Assembly: GCA_963691875.1 (NCBI GenBank)
Contig: OY829846.1
Span: forward strand, 1,728,001-1,792,000
Length of the DNA stretch: 64,000 nucleotides
Origin: Aureliella sp.
GTDB lineage: Bacteria > Planctomycetota > Planctomycetia > Pirellulales > Pirellulaceae
Direction of reading: 5' to 3'
In this document: positions 36,950-47,143 of the stretch, piece after piece
Numbering within the stretch: position 1 is the stretch's first letter
How the letters are laid out: every line of letters begins with the position of its first letter
Notes under the pieces: model-generated
What the model was told of the DNA's origin: nothing
The model's database searches: none
The model's input: the letters and a program-made list of their open reading frames with translations, nothing else
Made by a program: the position numbers and the translations under genes

Positions 36950-37897
36950 TTATTGGAAATTGCCATCACGGAAGAAGTGCACGACTGCTTCCTGCACTTC
37001 CTTGCTTTCCATCAAAAACGTGTGCAGTTGAGGGACTTCTAAAAAGTCGGCGGCTCCAGCAAGCTTGGTTTCGTCAACGCTGACCACGAAGTCACCTTCC
37101 TCGCCTATCAATGGATTGTTAGGAAGTGAATCGGAAAGGCGTCCAGCGATGATGCCAAAAGGGCACTGTGGCTTACCCAGGCGTTTGGAGAGTTCCTCCC
37201 ATTCCGGTCCGAGTTCCATTCCGCCTTGCCCTGACACGAACTTGAAAACGCCCGTCTTGGAAAGCTGTCGGGCTATCGCTGCCCCTTGATTCGGCGGTCC
37301 CAGCATCACAACTGCCTTGAGTCGCCCTAGCGTTTTGCTGTCCTTCCCTTTCTCCCAATCGCCGATGGCATGCCGCAAAACGATGTTTCCCATGCTGTGT
37401 CCGACGCAACGGAAATCAGTATTGCTTGGCAAGCTGGCAATGAACTCGCGGAAAGCTGCTGCATGATCAGTAATCGAAGCACGCGAACTGGCGTAACCAA
37501 ACTCGATGATATGGCACTCTTTCCATTCGGCCTGCAAAGCTTTGGCAACTGGGCGCATGGACGAACCAGATCGGAAGAGACCATGCATCATAATGAAAAC
37601 TGGACCATTCAATGCAACTTGCTTGGGGCCACGTTTCTCGAGGTGCTGCTCGCAAGCCTTGCGTGAGCCCCAAGCGTGCCGGACGCTGCGGTCGTCCAGC
37701 AATCTCCAGTGCCTGGTGACAATATTCTGTTGAATTTTCCAACCACCACGCCAAGCAAAATCGGTCCAGAATTGCTTGCCACCCATGGTGGGAAAAGTAA
37801 TGTTAGGAAGACCGCTGGATTCATCTTCTTGTGCGTTCAATGTAGATCCAAGCCATAGGAGTGGCAGGCCTGCCAACAGTTTGCGTCTATTCATCAT
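36950..37897 (-). CDS. Exported alpha/beta hydrolase (esterase/lipase family)
   Basis: MMNRRKLL Tat-like signal; HGLFRS, GHSMG nucleophile, LGPPNQG, GDFVV, HTFL; ORF extends to 38011. Confidence 0.85.
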   Translation of the reverse strand: MMNRRKLLAGLPLLWLGSTLNAQEDESSGLPNITFPTMGGKQFWTDFAWRGGWKIQQNIVTRHWRLLDDRSVRHAWGSRKACEQHLEKRGPKQVALNGPVFIMMHGLFRSGSSMRPVAKALQAEWKECHIIEFGYASSRASITDHAAAFREFIASLPSNTDFRCVGHSMGNIVLRHAIGDWEKGKDSKTLGRLKAVVMLGPPNQGAAIARQLSKTGVFKFVSGQGGMELGPEWEELSKRLGKPQCPFGIIAGRLSDSLPNNPLIGEEGDFVVSVDETKLAGAADFLEVPQLHTFLMESKEVQEAVVHFFRDGNFQ

Positions 37898-38411
37898 TTG
37901 TGCCTTGAAACCGATCAGCAACAGTTCCTTTTCTACACTAGAAGCTATTAGGCAATCAAGTTTGCGCTCAGCGGAATTGATTAACTGCCCCGAAGCATGG
38001 CCCCATAGCAAGCCAGCGCTTGCGGCTGCGTGCTAGACGAGACCGCGTCAAGCCGGGCGCGATGAGGGCGTGAGACGCGGACAGGAGCAAAGCAATTTCC
38101 AGTAGCAGTGGTGGGCATTCGCTGAACACCATAATGAAACGAACGAGCTGGCCGCAATTGCTAGCAATCGAGCGTCGGTTTTAACGGCAGTAAGGGTTGT
38201 TCGCTGTCGAGCTACATATTGTGCTCAAGCCCTTGCGCAATGCGTTATTCGCATGAGCAATCCTGCCGATTCCAGCGGGTGCAGGTTGCCTTAAAGCCAC
38301 ATCATCGGACCAGTGCCTGCAAAGTAAGCCAATTCCGCAGTTGGTTTGCCCCGATTCAGAGAATGAATACAGCGCCACAAGGAAGGCCGACTCACGGAAT
38401 CAAGGAGGATT

Positions 38412-40493
38412 GTGATGACCAAGTATTGGATACTTGGCCTTGCGCTCATGCTGGGAAACCTGCCGCCGACGGCACATGGGCAATATGCAGGCCCCGCTTA
38501 CGGAAATAACCTAGGCCCTAGCATCTACCCGCTGCGGTCACATAGCGCACTCGGATTGCCTTCCGTTCCCTCTGGCTACAACGCCCAACAGCCAACCAGC
38601 TACGGGCTGACTGGGCCAACGCACGGTCAGTATCACATGGTGGGAACACAGCAAGCGCATCAAGTTCGTGCCAATCACCAGCCAACGACAGCTCCAACAG
38701 CTAGGCAGAACAACGCACATGCTCATATGCTGTCACCCGCTGGCGCGGCTGTCGCTCCTGGTGCGACAATTGCTCCTGGCGCGATGAATCCGGGAACAGC
38801 ACAAGTTGCCCCAGGCGTTCATGCGATGCAGCCAGGCCAAGCAAGTCCGAATGTTGCTCTAATGACGCCGATGCAAAGTACAGCTCCAGATGCCCCCGGA
38901 TGCTCTTCTTGCTCGGGAAATGTGGTACGGCAAGGATCGGTGATCGGCGGTGACATGGTACCCAACGCGGGGATTTCTGGAGGATACATTCAGAACTCAG
39001 TACCCAATGCGGCCATCGGTGAAACAGGTTGCAGAAATGGGTATGGAGTGCAAAGCGCACTATTTGGCGGCTCGGTTGGCTTGGGAATGACTGCTGGTGG
39101 ATCAACGATAGCTGAAGTAGGACAGGGCATTATCGGCTCTTCAGGTCTTGCCGTTCAAGGCCCAGCAGCGAACCAGGTGATCACAACAACTCCAGGCCAA
39201 GTCATCACCACGACACCAGGGGCGGTTGCATGTGGGACCGCTCCCGTCTCCTCCTACGTCAACACAGTGGTTCCTAGTGCTAGCTGCGGCGTTAGCTCCG
39301 TCTCAAGTGTTCGTTCCGGATTTGCGGTGCAAAGTAAGCCATGGTTTTTCGGGGCCAATGCGCTGATTTTTAATCGTGTAGACAACAAGCGTGTTCCCCT
39401 ATCGTTCGTGGACTCGAGCTACGGAGTCGATATCCTCACCACTCGCGATGCTCGTCAGGGCGCTGCAGGCGGCGTTGAGGTCACGCTCGGCCGCTACTTC
39501 AACTGTGGTCGCGATGCTATTCAGTTCTCTTACTGGGGCACCTACCCGCAGGACGAGAATGTGACAAGATCGGGAGCAGCAGGGTATTACCGATCCTATA
39601 TCCCTTACTCCTACTTGCAAATGACAGGCATCCCTGCAGCACCGGCAACACCATATTCGGTTTACGATTGGTACGACAACGCAGTCGTGCACCAGCTGCA
39701 TCGATCTTTCGAATATCACAATATCGAAGCGAATCTACTTGGATTTGCGGCCGGCGGTGCGGCTCGGAATTTCAACATGGGCTCGTGCGGAACGCTCTTC
39801 TCTGGATTCTATCGGAACCCAGCTAGGACAAGAGGCTGTGGCACCTGCGGATGCAGACACGGCGGCGGATGTCGAAGTCGCAATACGACTGGTCCATGCT
39901 CTTTGATCGCCCCATCTTGCGCCAGTCGATTGAACCTGACTTGGATTGCAGGGTTTCGATACTTCCGATTCCAGGAAAATCTGTTCTACGCAGCGAGTCT
40001 TTATGATGGCAGCATTTCTCGAGCGGCAGATGACATCTACTACGACGTCAACACGACCAATGACCTGTTTGGATTCCAAATTGGGAGCCGTTTGGACTAC
40101 TGCATCGGATGCCGACTCAACGTCTATGGTTTTGGCAAGGTTGGTGCGTACAATAATCGATCGAGTTTGTACTCGCGAATCGGTACGGACTTCGACTACG
40201 CGTACTTAGACGACACTCGAGGCGGCAACACCTACCAAGGTCAAGACTACTTGATTGATGAAACCAAGGACTCGGTTGCATTTCTCAGCGAGATAGGAAC
40301 TGGCTTTGGCTACCGTATCACCTCCCGTTGCACAGCGACGATGGGCTACCGAGCGGTGATTGCTTCCGGTGTAGCGACATCTACTGACAATGTTCGCGGT
40401 ACCTTCGCGCACTACGGCGATGTTCGTGACTATAACACCTGGGGGACGCTCGTCCTGCACGGCCTCAACTTCGGAGCTCAATGTAACTTTTAA
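38412..40493 (+). CDS. BBP7-like outer-membrane beta-barrel with long low-complexity N-terminus
   Basis: RBS AAGGAGG, signal peptide, WFFGANALIFNR, IAGFRYFRFQE, NDLFGFQIG, LHGLNFGAQCNF terminal Phe. Confidence 0.8.
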   Translation: MMTKYWILGLALMLGNLPPTAHGQYAGPAYGNNLGPSIYPLRSHSALGLPSVPSGYNAQQPTSYGLTGPTHGQYHMVGTQQAHQVRANHQPTTAPTARQNNAHAHMLSPAGAAVAPGATIAPGAMNPGTAQVAPGVHAMQPGQASPNVALMTPMQSTAPDAPGCSSCSGNVVRQGSVIGGDMVPNAGISGGYIQNSVPNAAIGETGCRNGYGVQSALFGGSVGLGMTAGGSTIAEVGQGIIGSSGLAVQGPAANQVITTTPGQVITTTPGAVACGTAPVSSYVNTVVPSASCGVSSVSSVRSGFAVQSKPWFFGANALIFNRVDNKRVPLSFVDSSYGVDILTTRDARQGAAGGVEVTLGRYFNCGRDAIQFSYWGTYPQDENVTRSGAAGYYRSYIPYSYLQMTGIPAAPATPYSVYDWYDNAVVHQLHRSFEYHNIEANLLGFAAGGAARNFNMGSCGTLFSGFYRNPARTRGCGTCGCRHGGGCRSRNTTGPCSLIAPSCASRLNLTWIAGFRYFRFQENLFYAASLYDGSISRAADDIYYDVNTTNDLFGFQIGSRLDYCIGCRLNVYGFGKVGAYNNRSSLYSRIGTDFDYAYLDDTRGGNTYQGQDYLIDETKDSVAFLSEIGTGFGYRITSRCTATMGYRAVIASGVATSTDNVRGTFAHYGDVRDYNTWGTLVLHGLNFGAQCNF

Positions 40494-40563
40494 GCAGCGG
40501 CCTATCGGCCGACTGAGCTTGGGGCTGCCGACCGAGCTTGAGTGAAACAGAACGAGAGATGAG

Positions 40564-40602
40564 AGGCGGCTGCGATTTAATCGCAGCCGCCTTTTTCTTT
40601 TT
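40564..40602 (+). terminator. Rho-independent terminator
   Basis: aggcggctgcgat / atcgcagccgcct stem followed by ttttcttttt. Confidence 0.88.
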
Positions 40603-40709
40603 GCCCCGTTTCCCAAGTCGAATTATTGCTGATAATCGTGGCTTCACCGCAAATGATCGCAGCCTAGCAAGGGGCGTATAAATCCTCTGATCACTTGGAG
40701 ATAAGCAGA

Positions 40710-41750
40710 ATGGGTCGGATTATTGCCGCGACTCTTTCCGGAGCCGTTATTTATTTTGTTTGGGGCATGTTGGCCTGGATGGTTTTGCCGATCCACGGAC
40801 CGACTGTCAGTGCGGTTCCCGACGAGACTGGACTTCGCGAAGCAGTTATCGCCCAGAATCTTGAGTCTGGAGTCTACATTGTGCCCTACACAGAAGATCC
40901 GGAAGCGATGAGTGACGCTGACTCCGAGTTCAACCAGCGGCACTTGGCAGGGCCAATTTTCTCAATCTATTTGAGTAAGACGGGCATGGCGCCCATGGGC
41001 TTCAATGTCATCGGAATCGGTTTTTTGATTGACTTACTGGCGGCAGCGTTAGCAGTTGGTCTGATCTTATCCCTTGGTCCCTGTGGAAACAGTTATGCCT
41101 GCCGCGTTGGGTTCGTGACCGGTCTTGGAGTGTTTGTTGCGATCATTGGGCACTTTAGTTATTGGAACTGGATGCACTTTCCACTCGACTATACGCTGGC
41201 ATTTGTTGTCGACGTCACTATCGGTTGGGCACTCGCAGGACTTGCGATTGCCGCCTTGGTCAAGCCAACGCACTTGGGCGAGTCCCAAACGCACACTCCG
41301 ACGGTCAAAGCCGAATCTGAGAAAAAGCCAGAGCCGAAGCCGGCTCCCAAGCCAGCAGAGCCGGAAAAGCCAACACGCAACGACGCGATCAGTTTGCTCG
41401 CCGCTCTGCAGCGCGAAGCAAGATTCTTGGACATCGTGAAAGAACCCCTTGGTGACTACACCGATGCGCAAGTTGGTGCTGCAGCTCGCGACGTACTTCG
41501 TGATTGTGCTACGGTGATCGACCGACTTTTCAAAGTTGAACCTATCTTCGGCGAAGAAGATGGGACGGAAGTCGAAATCCCTGCTGGCGACGCTGCCAAG
41601 ATTCGCATTACTGGCAATGCGAGCGAAGAAACTAAGACAGGCACTTTGGTGCATCATGGCTGGCAGGCTTCTCAGTGCGAACTCCCGAAATGGACGGGCA
41701 CAAAAGAACAAGCCATGGTGGTCGCTCAAGCTGAGTTAGAAGCCAAGTAG
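40710..41750 (+). CDS. DUF2760 domain protein fused to an N-terminal 4-TM domain
   Basis: AISLLAALQREARFLD..KE.L..YTDAQVGAAARDV, RITGN, GTLVHHGW, VVAQAELE; Pro/Lys/Glu linker; likely start ATG 40710. Confidence 0.85.
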   Translation: MGRIIAATLSGAVIYFVWGMLAWMVLPIHGPTVSAVPDETGLREAVIAQNLESGVYIVPYTEDPEAMSDADSEFNQRHLAGPIFSIYLSKTGMAPMGFNVIGIGFLIDLLAAALAVGLILSLGPCGNSYACRVGFVTGLGVFVAIIGHFSYWNWMHFPLDYTLAFVVDVTIGWALAGLAIAALVKPTHLGESQTHTPTVKAESEKKPEPKPAPKPAEPEKPTRNDAISLLAALQREARFLDIVKEPLGDYTDAQVGAAARDVLRDCATVIDRLFKVEPIFGEEDGTEVEIPAGDAAKIRITGNASEETKTGTLVHHGWQASQCELPKWTGTKEQAMVVAQAELEAK

Positions 41751-41828
41751 ACTTCTCGCTAATGAGCCAATCATCGGCTGGGCAACCATTTCCGCGAAAC
41801 CGACATACACTCAAGCACTGAAGCGATA

Positions 41829-43613
41829 GTGACCGCAAAGTACGTTATCGGAATTGACCTTGGCACGACAAACTCTGTGCTTGCTTTCGCAGAGTTGGGC
41901 GATGAAGCTGCCGAAGTCGAATTGTTGCAAATCCCACAATTGGTCGACGAACACACACTGGAAGAGCGTAGCGCTCTTGCTTCTTTCGCTTTCCTTTCAG
42001 TGGGTGAACCAAGAGGTGCTTTAGACACACCCTGGGCCGAAGATCGCGACTTTTGCATAGGCGAGTATGCTCGACGCAACGCGGCAGAGAATGCGGATCG
42101 CACCATCAGTGCCGCCAAGAGCTGGCTCTCTCACAGCGGCGTCGATCGACGGGCTCCTATCTTGCCGTGGCAGACGCCAGCTAAGGTAGAAAAGCTATCT
42201 CCCGTTGCAGCTTCACAACTCTACTTGGAACATCTTGTTGCATCCTGGGACGCTGCTCAGCCGGATCATCCCTTAAATCAGCAGCAGGTTGTGTTGACGG
42301 TGCCTGCTTCGTTTGATGCCGTCGCGCGTGAACTTACGCGTGAGGCAGCCATAGCTGCCGGACTTCCGGATCACTTGGTATTGCTAGAAGAACCGCAAGC
42401 AGCAGTTTATGCCTGGTTGGCTCAGTCTGGCGATACTTGGCGCGACTCGCTTTCGGTCGGCGACCAACTGCTCGTCTGCGATATAGGTGGAGGCACCACG
42501 GACCTGACGCTGATTGCAATCGATGAGGTGGAAGGCGAACTTCTGCTCAGGCGACAAGCGGTTGGCAACCACCTGCTGGTCGGTGGCGACAACATGGACT
42601 TGACTTTGGCCCATCAAGTTTCGGAGCAGTTCGCTGAGAAGGGCACGAAGCTCGATCCCTGGCAATCCGTTTCACTATGGCATTCATGCCGTGCTGCAAA
42701 AGAAACGCTCCTTGCTCCTGATGGCCCTGAGAAACACACGATTTCCGTCCTCGGGCGCGGCAGCAAGCTAATTGGCGGTACAGTATCGGTTGAAGTGGAT
42801 CGAGCAAGTGTCGGTCAGCTGATGGTCGATGGCTTCCTTCCGGAATGCAATCTAGACGATTCTCCGGTGCGTCAAAGAGCGTCCGGTTTCCAGCAGCTTG
42901 GCCTACCTTTTGAGTCCGACACCGGAGTAACCCGACATGTCGCTGCGTTCCTTTCCTCGCAAGTCGATGGAGAGGTGCCGCAGCCAACCCACGTACTCTT
43001 CAATGGTGGTGTTTTCAAAGCCGAAGTGCTTCAGCAGCGTTTTGTTGAAGTATTGAATAGCTGGTTTGCTGGTGGTGAAACGAACCCTCTGCCTGGGACT
43101 CGCGATCTGGACCATGCCGTTGCCATCGGGGCAGCCCACTACGGCCGAGTCAAGCAGCAAGGAGGGATTAGAATTCGAGGCGGAGTCGCCCATGCATATT
43201 ACGTTGGAATTGAAACGGCGGGGCTTGCTATCCCAGGTGCGCCTAGGCCGTTGAACGCTTTGTGCGTCGTTCCGATTGGAATGGAAGAGGGAACGGAGGT
43301 CGACGTCCCATCGGGCGAGATCGGATTGGTGCACGGAGAACAAGCACAATTTCGTTTTTTCAGCTCCGCAATTCGAAAAGAAGACCAACCGGGCGCCTTG
43401 CTGCAGCAGTGGGATGAATCTGACTTGGCTGAGACGACTGCGCTAACCGCAACTTTAGAAGCCGATGAAGCAATAACAGAGCCCTACGTTCCGGTGCGTT
43501 TTCAATCGCGAATCACGGAACTAGGAATGTTTGAACTTTGGTGCATCGCAGTCCAAGGGGAGGGCAGTTGGAAATTGGAGTTCAACGTAAGAGACGGCGT
43601 CGAGGAATCATAA
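41829..43613 (+). CDS. Atypical Hsp70 family protein (594 aa)
   Basis: GIDLGTTNS, TVPASFD, EEPQAA, DIGGGTTD, GGDNMD, LFNGG; non-DnaK C-terminus ending WKLEFNVR. Confidence 0.9.
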   Translation: MTAKYVIGIDLGTTNSVLAFAELGDEAAEVELLQIPQLVDEHTLEERSALASFAFLSVGEPRGALDTPWAEDRDFCIGEYARRNAAENADRTISAAKSWLSHSGVDRRAPILPWQTPAKVEKLSPVAASQLYLEHLVASWDAAQPDHPLNQQQVVLTVPASFDAVARELTREAAIAAGLPDHLVLLEEPQAAVYAWLAQSGDTWRDSLSVGDQLLVCDIGGGTTDLTLIAIDEVEGELLLRRQAVGNHLLVGGDNMDLTLAHQVSEQFAEKGTKLDPWQSVSLWHSCRAAKETLLAPDGPEKHTISVLGRGSKLIGGTVSVEVDRASVGQLMVDGFLPECNLDDSPVRQRASGFQQLGLPFESDTGVTRHVAAFLSSQVDGEVPQPTHVLFNGGVFKAEVLQQRFVEVLNSWFAGGETNPLPGTRDLDHAVAIGAAHYGRVKQQGGIRIRGGVAHAYYVGIETAGLAIPGAPRPLNALCVVPIGMEEGTEVDVPSGEIGLVHGEQAQFRFFSSAIRKEDQPGALLQQWDESDLAETTALTATLEADEAITEPYVPVRFQSRITELGMFELWCIAVQGEGSWKLEFNVRDGVEES

Positions 43614-43614
43614 C

Positions 43615-46515
43615 GTGACTGATTCTGCTGAGTCCTTCGATCCGCTTCTCGATAAGCCACCAGCCCGCTACGTGATTGGCATCGACCTGGGCACCACCAA
43701 TTCCGCCGTCACCTACATCGACACAACAGAAACACCGTGGCAAGTTCGTTTGCTCAATATGCCACAGCTGACGGCCCCCAACTCCGTCGAATCTCGTGAT
43801 ACGCTTCCCTCCTTTCATTTTCAGCCTTTGCCTCAGCAGGTGGAAGGAGACGCTCTGAAGCTGCCTTGGCATTCCGAGAAGCAGGATTGGTGTGTCGGTT
43901 TCATGGCACGCGACGAGGGCGTCAAGTCACCAGGACGCCTCAGCGCCTCAGCGAAATCTTGGCTTTGCCATTCAGGCGTCAATCGTGAAGCCAAGTTGTT
44001 GCCCTGGCAAGCCTCGGATGGTGTAGAAAAGCTCTCCCCCGTCGAAGTCAGCTCGCGTTTGTTAGCTCACATTCGTGACACGTGGAATCATCGGTTCAAG
44101 AGGGAGAAACTGGAAGAGCAGGATGTAGTGATCACCCTCCCTGCATCCTTCGACGAAGTTGCGAGAGAACTGACGGTTCAGGCAGCTGCAGCAGCGGGCC
44201 TTCATAACATCGTATTGATCGAGGAGCCTCAGGCAGCTTTCTATGCCTGGGTGTACAAACACGATGCAGATTGGTTTGATCGAGTGGAAGCTGGTCACAA
44301 CATTTTGGTCTGCGATATCGGCGGTGGTACTTCCGACTTCACCCTGATCAAAGTGCGTCAGTCAGCGGCCCAGGGTCAAGAAGCTGAATCAAAAGAAACA
44401 GCAGAAAGGTATCGCGCGAGGCAACGCGTTCAGTTTCATCGCGTTGCGGTGGGCGAGCATTTGATCCTAGGCGGCGACAATCTCGATCTGGCGCTGGCCC
44501 ATCACATGGAGCAAAAGATCGCTCAAGGAAAGAACCTCACTCCGCAACAATGGGACGTTCTAGTTCGAAGCTGCCGACGTGTCAAAGAAACGCTGCTCGG
44601 TGAGGATGCACCCGAAAAGATCACAGTCAATTTGCCTGGTTCTGGCTCAAAGTTGATCGGCCGCGGTTTGCAGGCTGAGATTACTCGTGAAGAGGCAGAA
44701 AAACTTCTCGTTGATGGATTCTTGCCTCCAGCACAAGTCACCGATCGGCCGAGTAGCGGACAATCCGGTTTTCGCGAGTTCGGCCTACCCTTCGCCAGTG
44801 ATCCGGCCATCACCAAGCACCTCGCCGCCTTCCTTGGTGCCCATGGGGACAAAGTCGCTGAGGATGGCGATCCAGAGTCCTTTGCTGCGCGGCCTGATGT
44901 GATTCTCTTCAATGGAGGGTTCTTCGCCTCGGAACTGCTTCAGAAGCGGCTGCTCGGGGTCATGAGTTCGTGGTTCGGGGGAGACAAAGAGAACTACGAG
45001 CCAACCATTCTAGACAACGACCGACTTGACTTAGCAGTTGCTCGCGGAGCTGCTTATTACGGCATGGTGCGTCGGGGCGAAGGTGTCAAGATCGCCGCAA
45101 GTCTGGCTCGTAGCTACTATGTCGAAGTAGAAGCGAGCGATGGACAGACTCAAGCAATTTGCCTTGTGCCTGGCAGCACAGAGCCAGGGCAAGACATTCA
45201 TCTTGACGAGCTAAAGCTTGAGCTGACAGTTTCCGAACCAGTCGAGTTCTCCCTGCATGTCTCGAGCACGCGTTTGGTCGACAAGGCGGGCGACATCGTT
45301 GAGGTGAATCTGGAGCAGATGAAGGCGTTGCCGCCAATTCGAACCGTTTTGCGAACCGATCGTCGGAATCAAACCGGCAAGATACCGGTAACGCTACACG
45401 CTCACCTGAGCGAAATTGGTACTATTGATCTTTGGTGCCAAGGTGTGGAATCGGACCATCGCTGGCGTTTGCAGTTTGACGTCCGTTCCACGACAGAGAC
45501 GGACCGGGAAGCTTACGTTTCAGCTGCGGAAGACGAAGGTTTTGTCGACGAGGGAACTTGGCAGTCCTGCGAGTCGGTAATTGAGAGTGTCTTCAGTGAA
45601 ACTGGCGATGAGAAGCCTTCTAAAATGATTCGGCGGCTCACAGAAACGCTGGGCAGTGGCAAGCTGGACTGGCCCACTTCCCTCCTTCGCCGCATTTGGG
45701 AAAAACTACTCAGTATGCAGGATGGTCGTCGCCGGAGCCCCGCGCACGAAGCGCGATGGCTGAATCTACTCGGATTCGCGCTCCGGCCCGGCTACGGTCT
45801 GGCCGTCGACGACTGGCGAGTCGCGGAGACCTGGCGTCATGTGAACAAGAAACTGGCACACGCTGGAGCTAGCAAGTCAGAGGCTTTGATTTTATGGAGA
45901 CGCATTGCCGGTGGATTATCAGCTGGCCAGCAATCTGCGCTGGCCGATCCGATGATCTCCTCGCTGCGAGCTGCCCACAGCATTCTTATTCATAATCGGC
46001 AGTCGCGTGGTGAGCCCACGTATCCGATGCATGATTCGGAAGAAGCGTGGCGTTTGCTGGGCTCTTTGGAAAACTTGGAAGCTGACACCAAGTGGCAGGT
46101 TGGAAAAATGCTGCTCGATCTTTATCCGAAGCGTCGATATGAAAAGATGCGAGGAGCAATGCTCTGGTGTCTCGGACGACTCGGCGGGCGTCAGCCACTT
46201 TATGGGCCGCTGAACAATGTCGTGTCCTCGGACATTGCAAAGCAATGGTGTCAGGCAATTATTGGGTTTGACAACAAAGACCAGATGCACCGTGCAACGG
46301 AGCAGCTGACCATGATGCAACTCGCGAGGAAGACCGACGACCGTTATCGAGATCTGGAGGAATCCGCTCGACACAATGTTGTAGAATGGCTCAAAGCGAG
46401 CGGTGCTCTAGAGAGATACGTTGAGCTTGCCGAGTCAGGCGGTGAGCTGCAAGACGACGAAACGGCCAGTATCTTTGGAGAAGCCTTGCCCAAGGGGTTT
46501 CGCATTCAAGTCTAA
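43615..46515 (+). CDS. Atypical Hsp70 family protein with C-terminal DUF3731-like domain (966 aa)
   Basis: GIDLGTTNS, TLPASFDEVAR, EEPQAA, DIGGGTSD, GGDNLD; C-terminal HEARWLNLLGFALRPGYG..DDWR, GRLGGRQPLYG, RKTDDRYRD, FGEALP.G; starts 1 nt after the previous stop. Confidence 0.9.
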   Translation: MTDSAESFDPLLDKPPARYVIGIDLGTTNSAVTYIDTTETPWQVRLLNMPQLTAPNSVESRDTLPSFHFQPLPQQVEGDALKLPWHSEKQDWCVGFMARDEGVKSPGRLSASAKSWLCHSGVNREAKLLPWQASDGVEKLSPVEVSSRLLAHIRDTWNHRFKREKLEEQDVVITLPASFDEVARELTVQAAAAAGLHNIVLIEEPQAAFYAWVYKHDADWFDRVEAGHNILVCDIGGGTSDFTLIKVRQSAAQGQEAESKETAERYRARQRVQFHRVAVGEHLILGGDNLDLALAHHMEQKIAQGKNLTPQQWDVLVRSCRRVKETLLGEDAPEKITVNLPGSGSKLIGRGLQAEITREEAEKLLVDGFLPPAQVTDRPSSGQSGFREFGLPFASDPAITKHLAAFLGAHGDKVAEDGDPESFAARPDVILFNGGFFASELLQKRLLGVMSSWFGGDKENYEPTILDNDRLDLAVARGAAYYGMVRRGEGVKIAASLARSYYVEVEASDGQTQAICLVPGSTEPGQDIHLDELKLELTVSEPVEFSLHVSSTRLVDKAGDIVEVNLEQMKALPPIRTVLRTDRRNQTGKIPVTLHAHLSEIGTIDLWCQGVESDHRWRLQFDVRSTTETDREAYVSAAEDEGFVDEGTWQSCESVIESVFSETGDEKPSKMIRRLTETLGSGKLDWPTSLLRRIWEKLLSMQDGRRRSPAHEARWLNLLGFALRPGYGLAVDDWRVAETWRHVNKKLAHAGASKSEALILWRRIAGGLSAGQQSALADPMISSLRAAHSILIHNRQSRGEPTYPMHDSEEAWRLLGSLENLEADTKWQVGKMLLDLYPKRRYEKMRGAMLWCLGRLGGRQPLYGPLNNVVSSDIAKQWCQAIIGFDNKDQMHRATEQLTMMQLARKTDDRYRDLEESARHNVVEWLKASGALERYVELAESGGELQDDETASIFGEALPKGFRIQV

Positions 46516-46542
46516 AGCCGTTCAACTCGTCATGAGATTCAA

Positions 46543-46989
46543 GTGGAAATTCCTGAGAATCCATTCGATCCGCCAGCCTCATTGGATGACGAAAGTCCCG
46601 AAGAAAGAGCGAAGCGGCTTGTTTCCAAACCGGCTATCGCGCTCATCGTTTTATCTTCCGCTCACGCGGTTTTCGACACGATTGGATTGGTGAATTTCGT
46701 TTTCTTGGTCATCCAGAGACATCCATTCTCCACGCCAGAAGTGATCAACTATATTTTGCTTGCCATGCATTCCAGCAGCATGATCGTGATCTCCAACGGC
46801 GGCGCCCAACTTGGCTATCTCAAGTCGCGTCGCTGGGCCAGAGTCGGAGCACTGCTCGCATGTGTCCCCATGCTGACGCCATTCCTCATTCTTGGAGTTC
46901 CTTTTGGAATCTGGTCTCTGATGTTGCTCGGCGATGAGAGGATTGAAGCAGCATGGATGTGCCGCAAAAATAGAGCTGAGGCTCTTTAG
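46543..46989 (+). CDS. Small 3-TM membrane protein
   Basis: N-terminal ENPFDPP; KPAIALIV; LGVPFGIWSLMLLGDERIEAAW; 27 bp after the Hsp70 stop. Confidence 0.7.
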   Translation: MEIPENPFDPPASLDDESPEERAKRLVSKPAIALIVLSSAHAVFDTIGLVNFVFLVIQRHPFSTPEVINYILLAMHSSSMIVISNGGAQLGYLKSRRWARVGALLACVPMLTPFLILGVPFGIWSLMLLGDERIEAAWMCRKNRAEAL

Positions 46990-47048
46990 ATAGTCGGTGA
47001 GCGGCACGGCGCACACACTTTTTTGTACGTTATCGCCGTGTCACATTA

Positions 47049-47080
47049 GTGAGCCGTATCGCCGTGAGTCGTCGGGGCCA
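47049..47080. repeat. Degenerate copy of the REP-like element at 6307-6338
   Basis: gtgagc...cggggcca, same length, 21/32 identical; a further gtgagcggc at 46997. Confidence 0.4.
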
Positions 47081-47143
47081 TCGTGTGGGCATTCCGCAAC
47101 AGTTCGGACCTAAGCACTCAGAGACTAGCCTTCATCGCGATTG

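Noticed and set aside
41829..46515. Calling the Hsp70 genes dnaK or hscA
   Set aside because: No canonical substrate-binding domain, no dnaJ/grpE/isc context, and distinct family motifs
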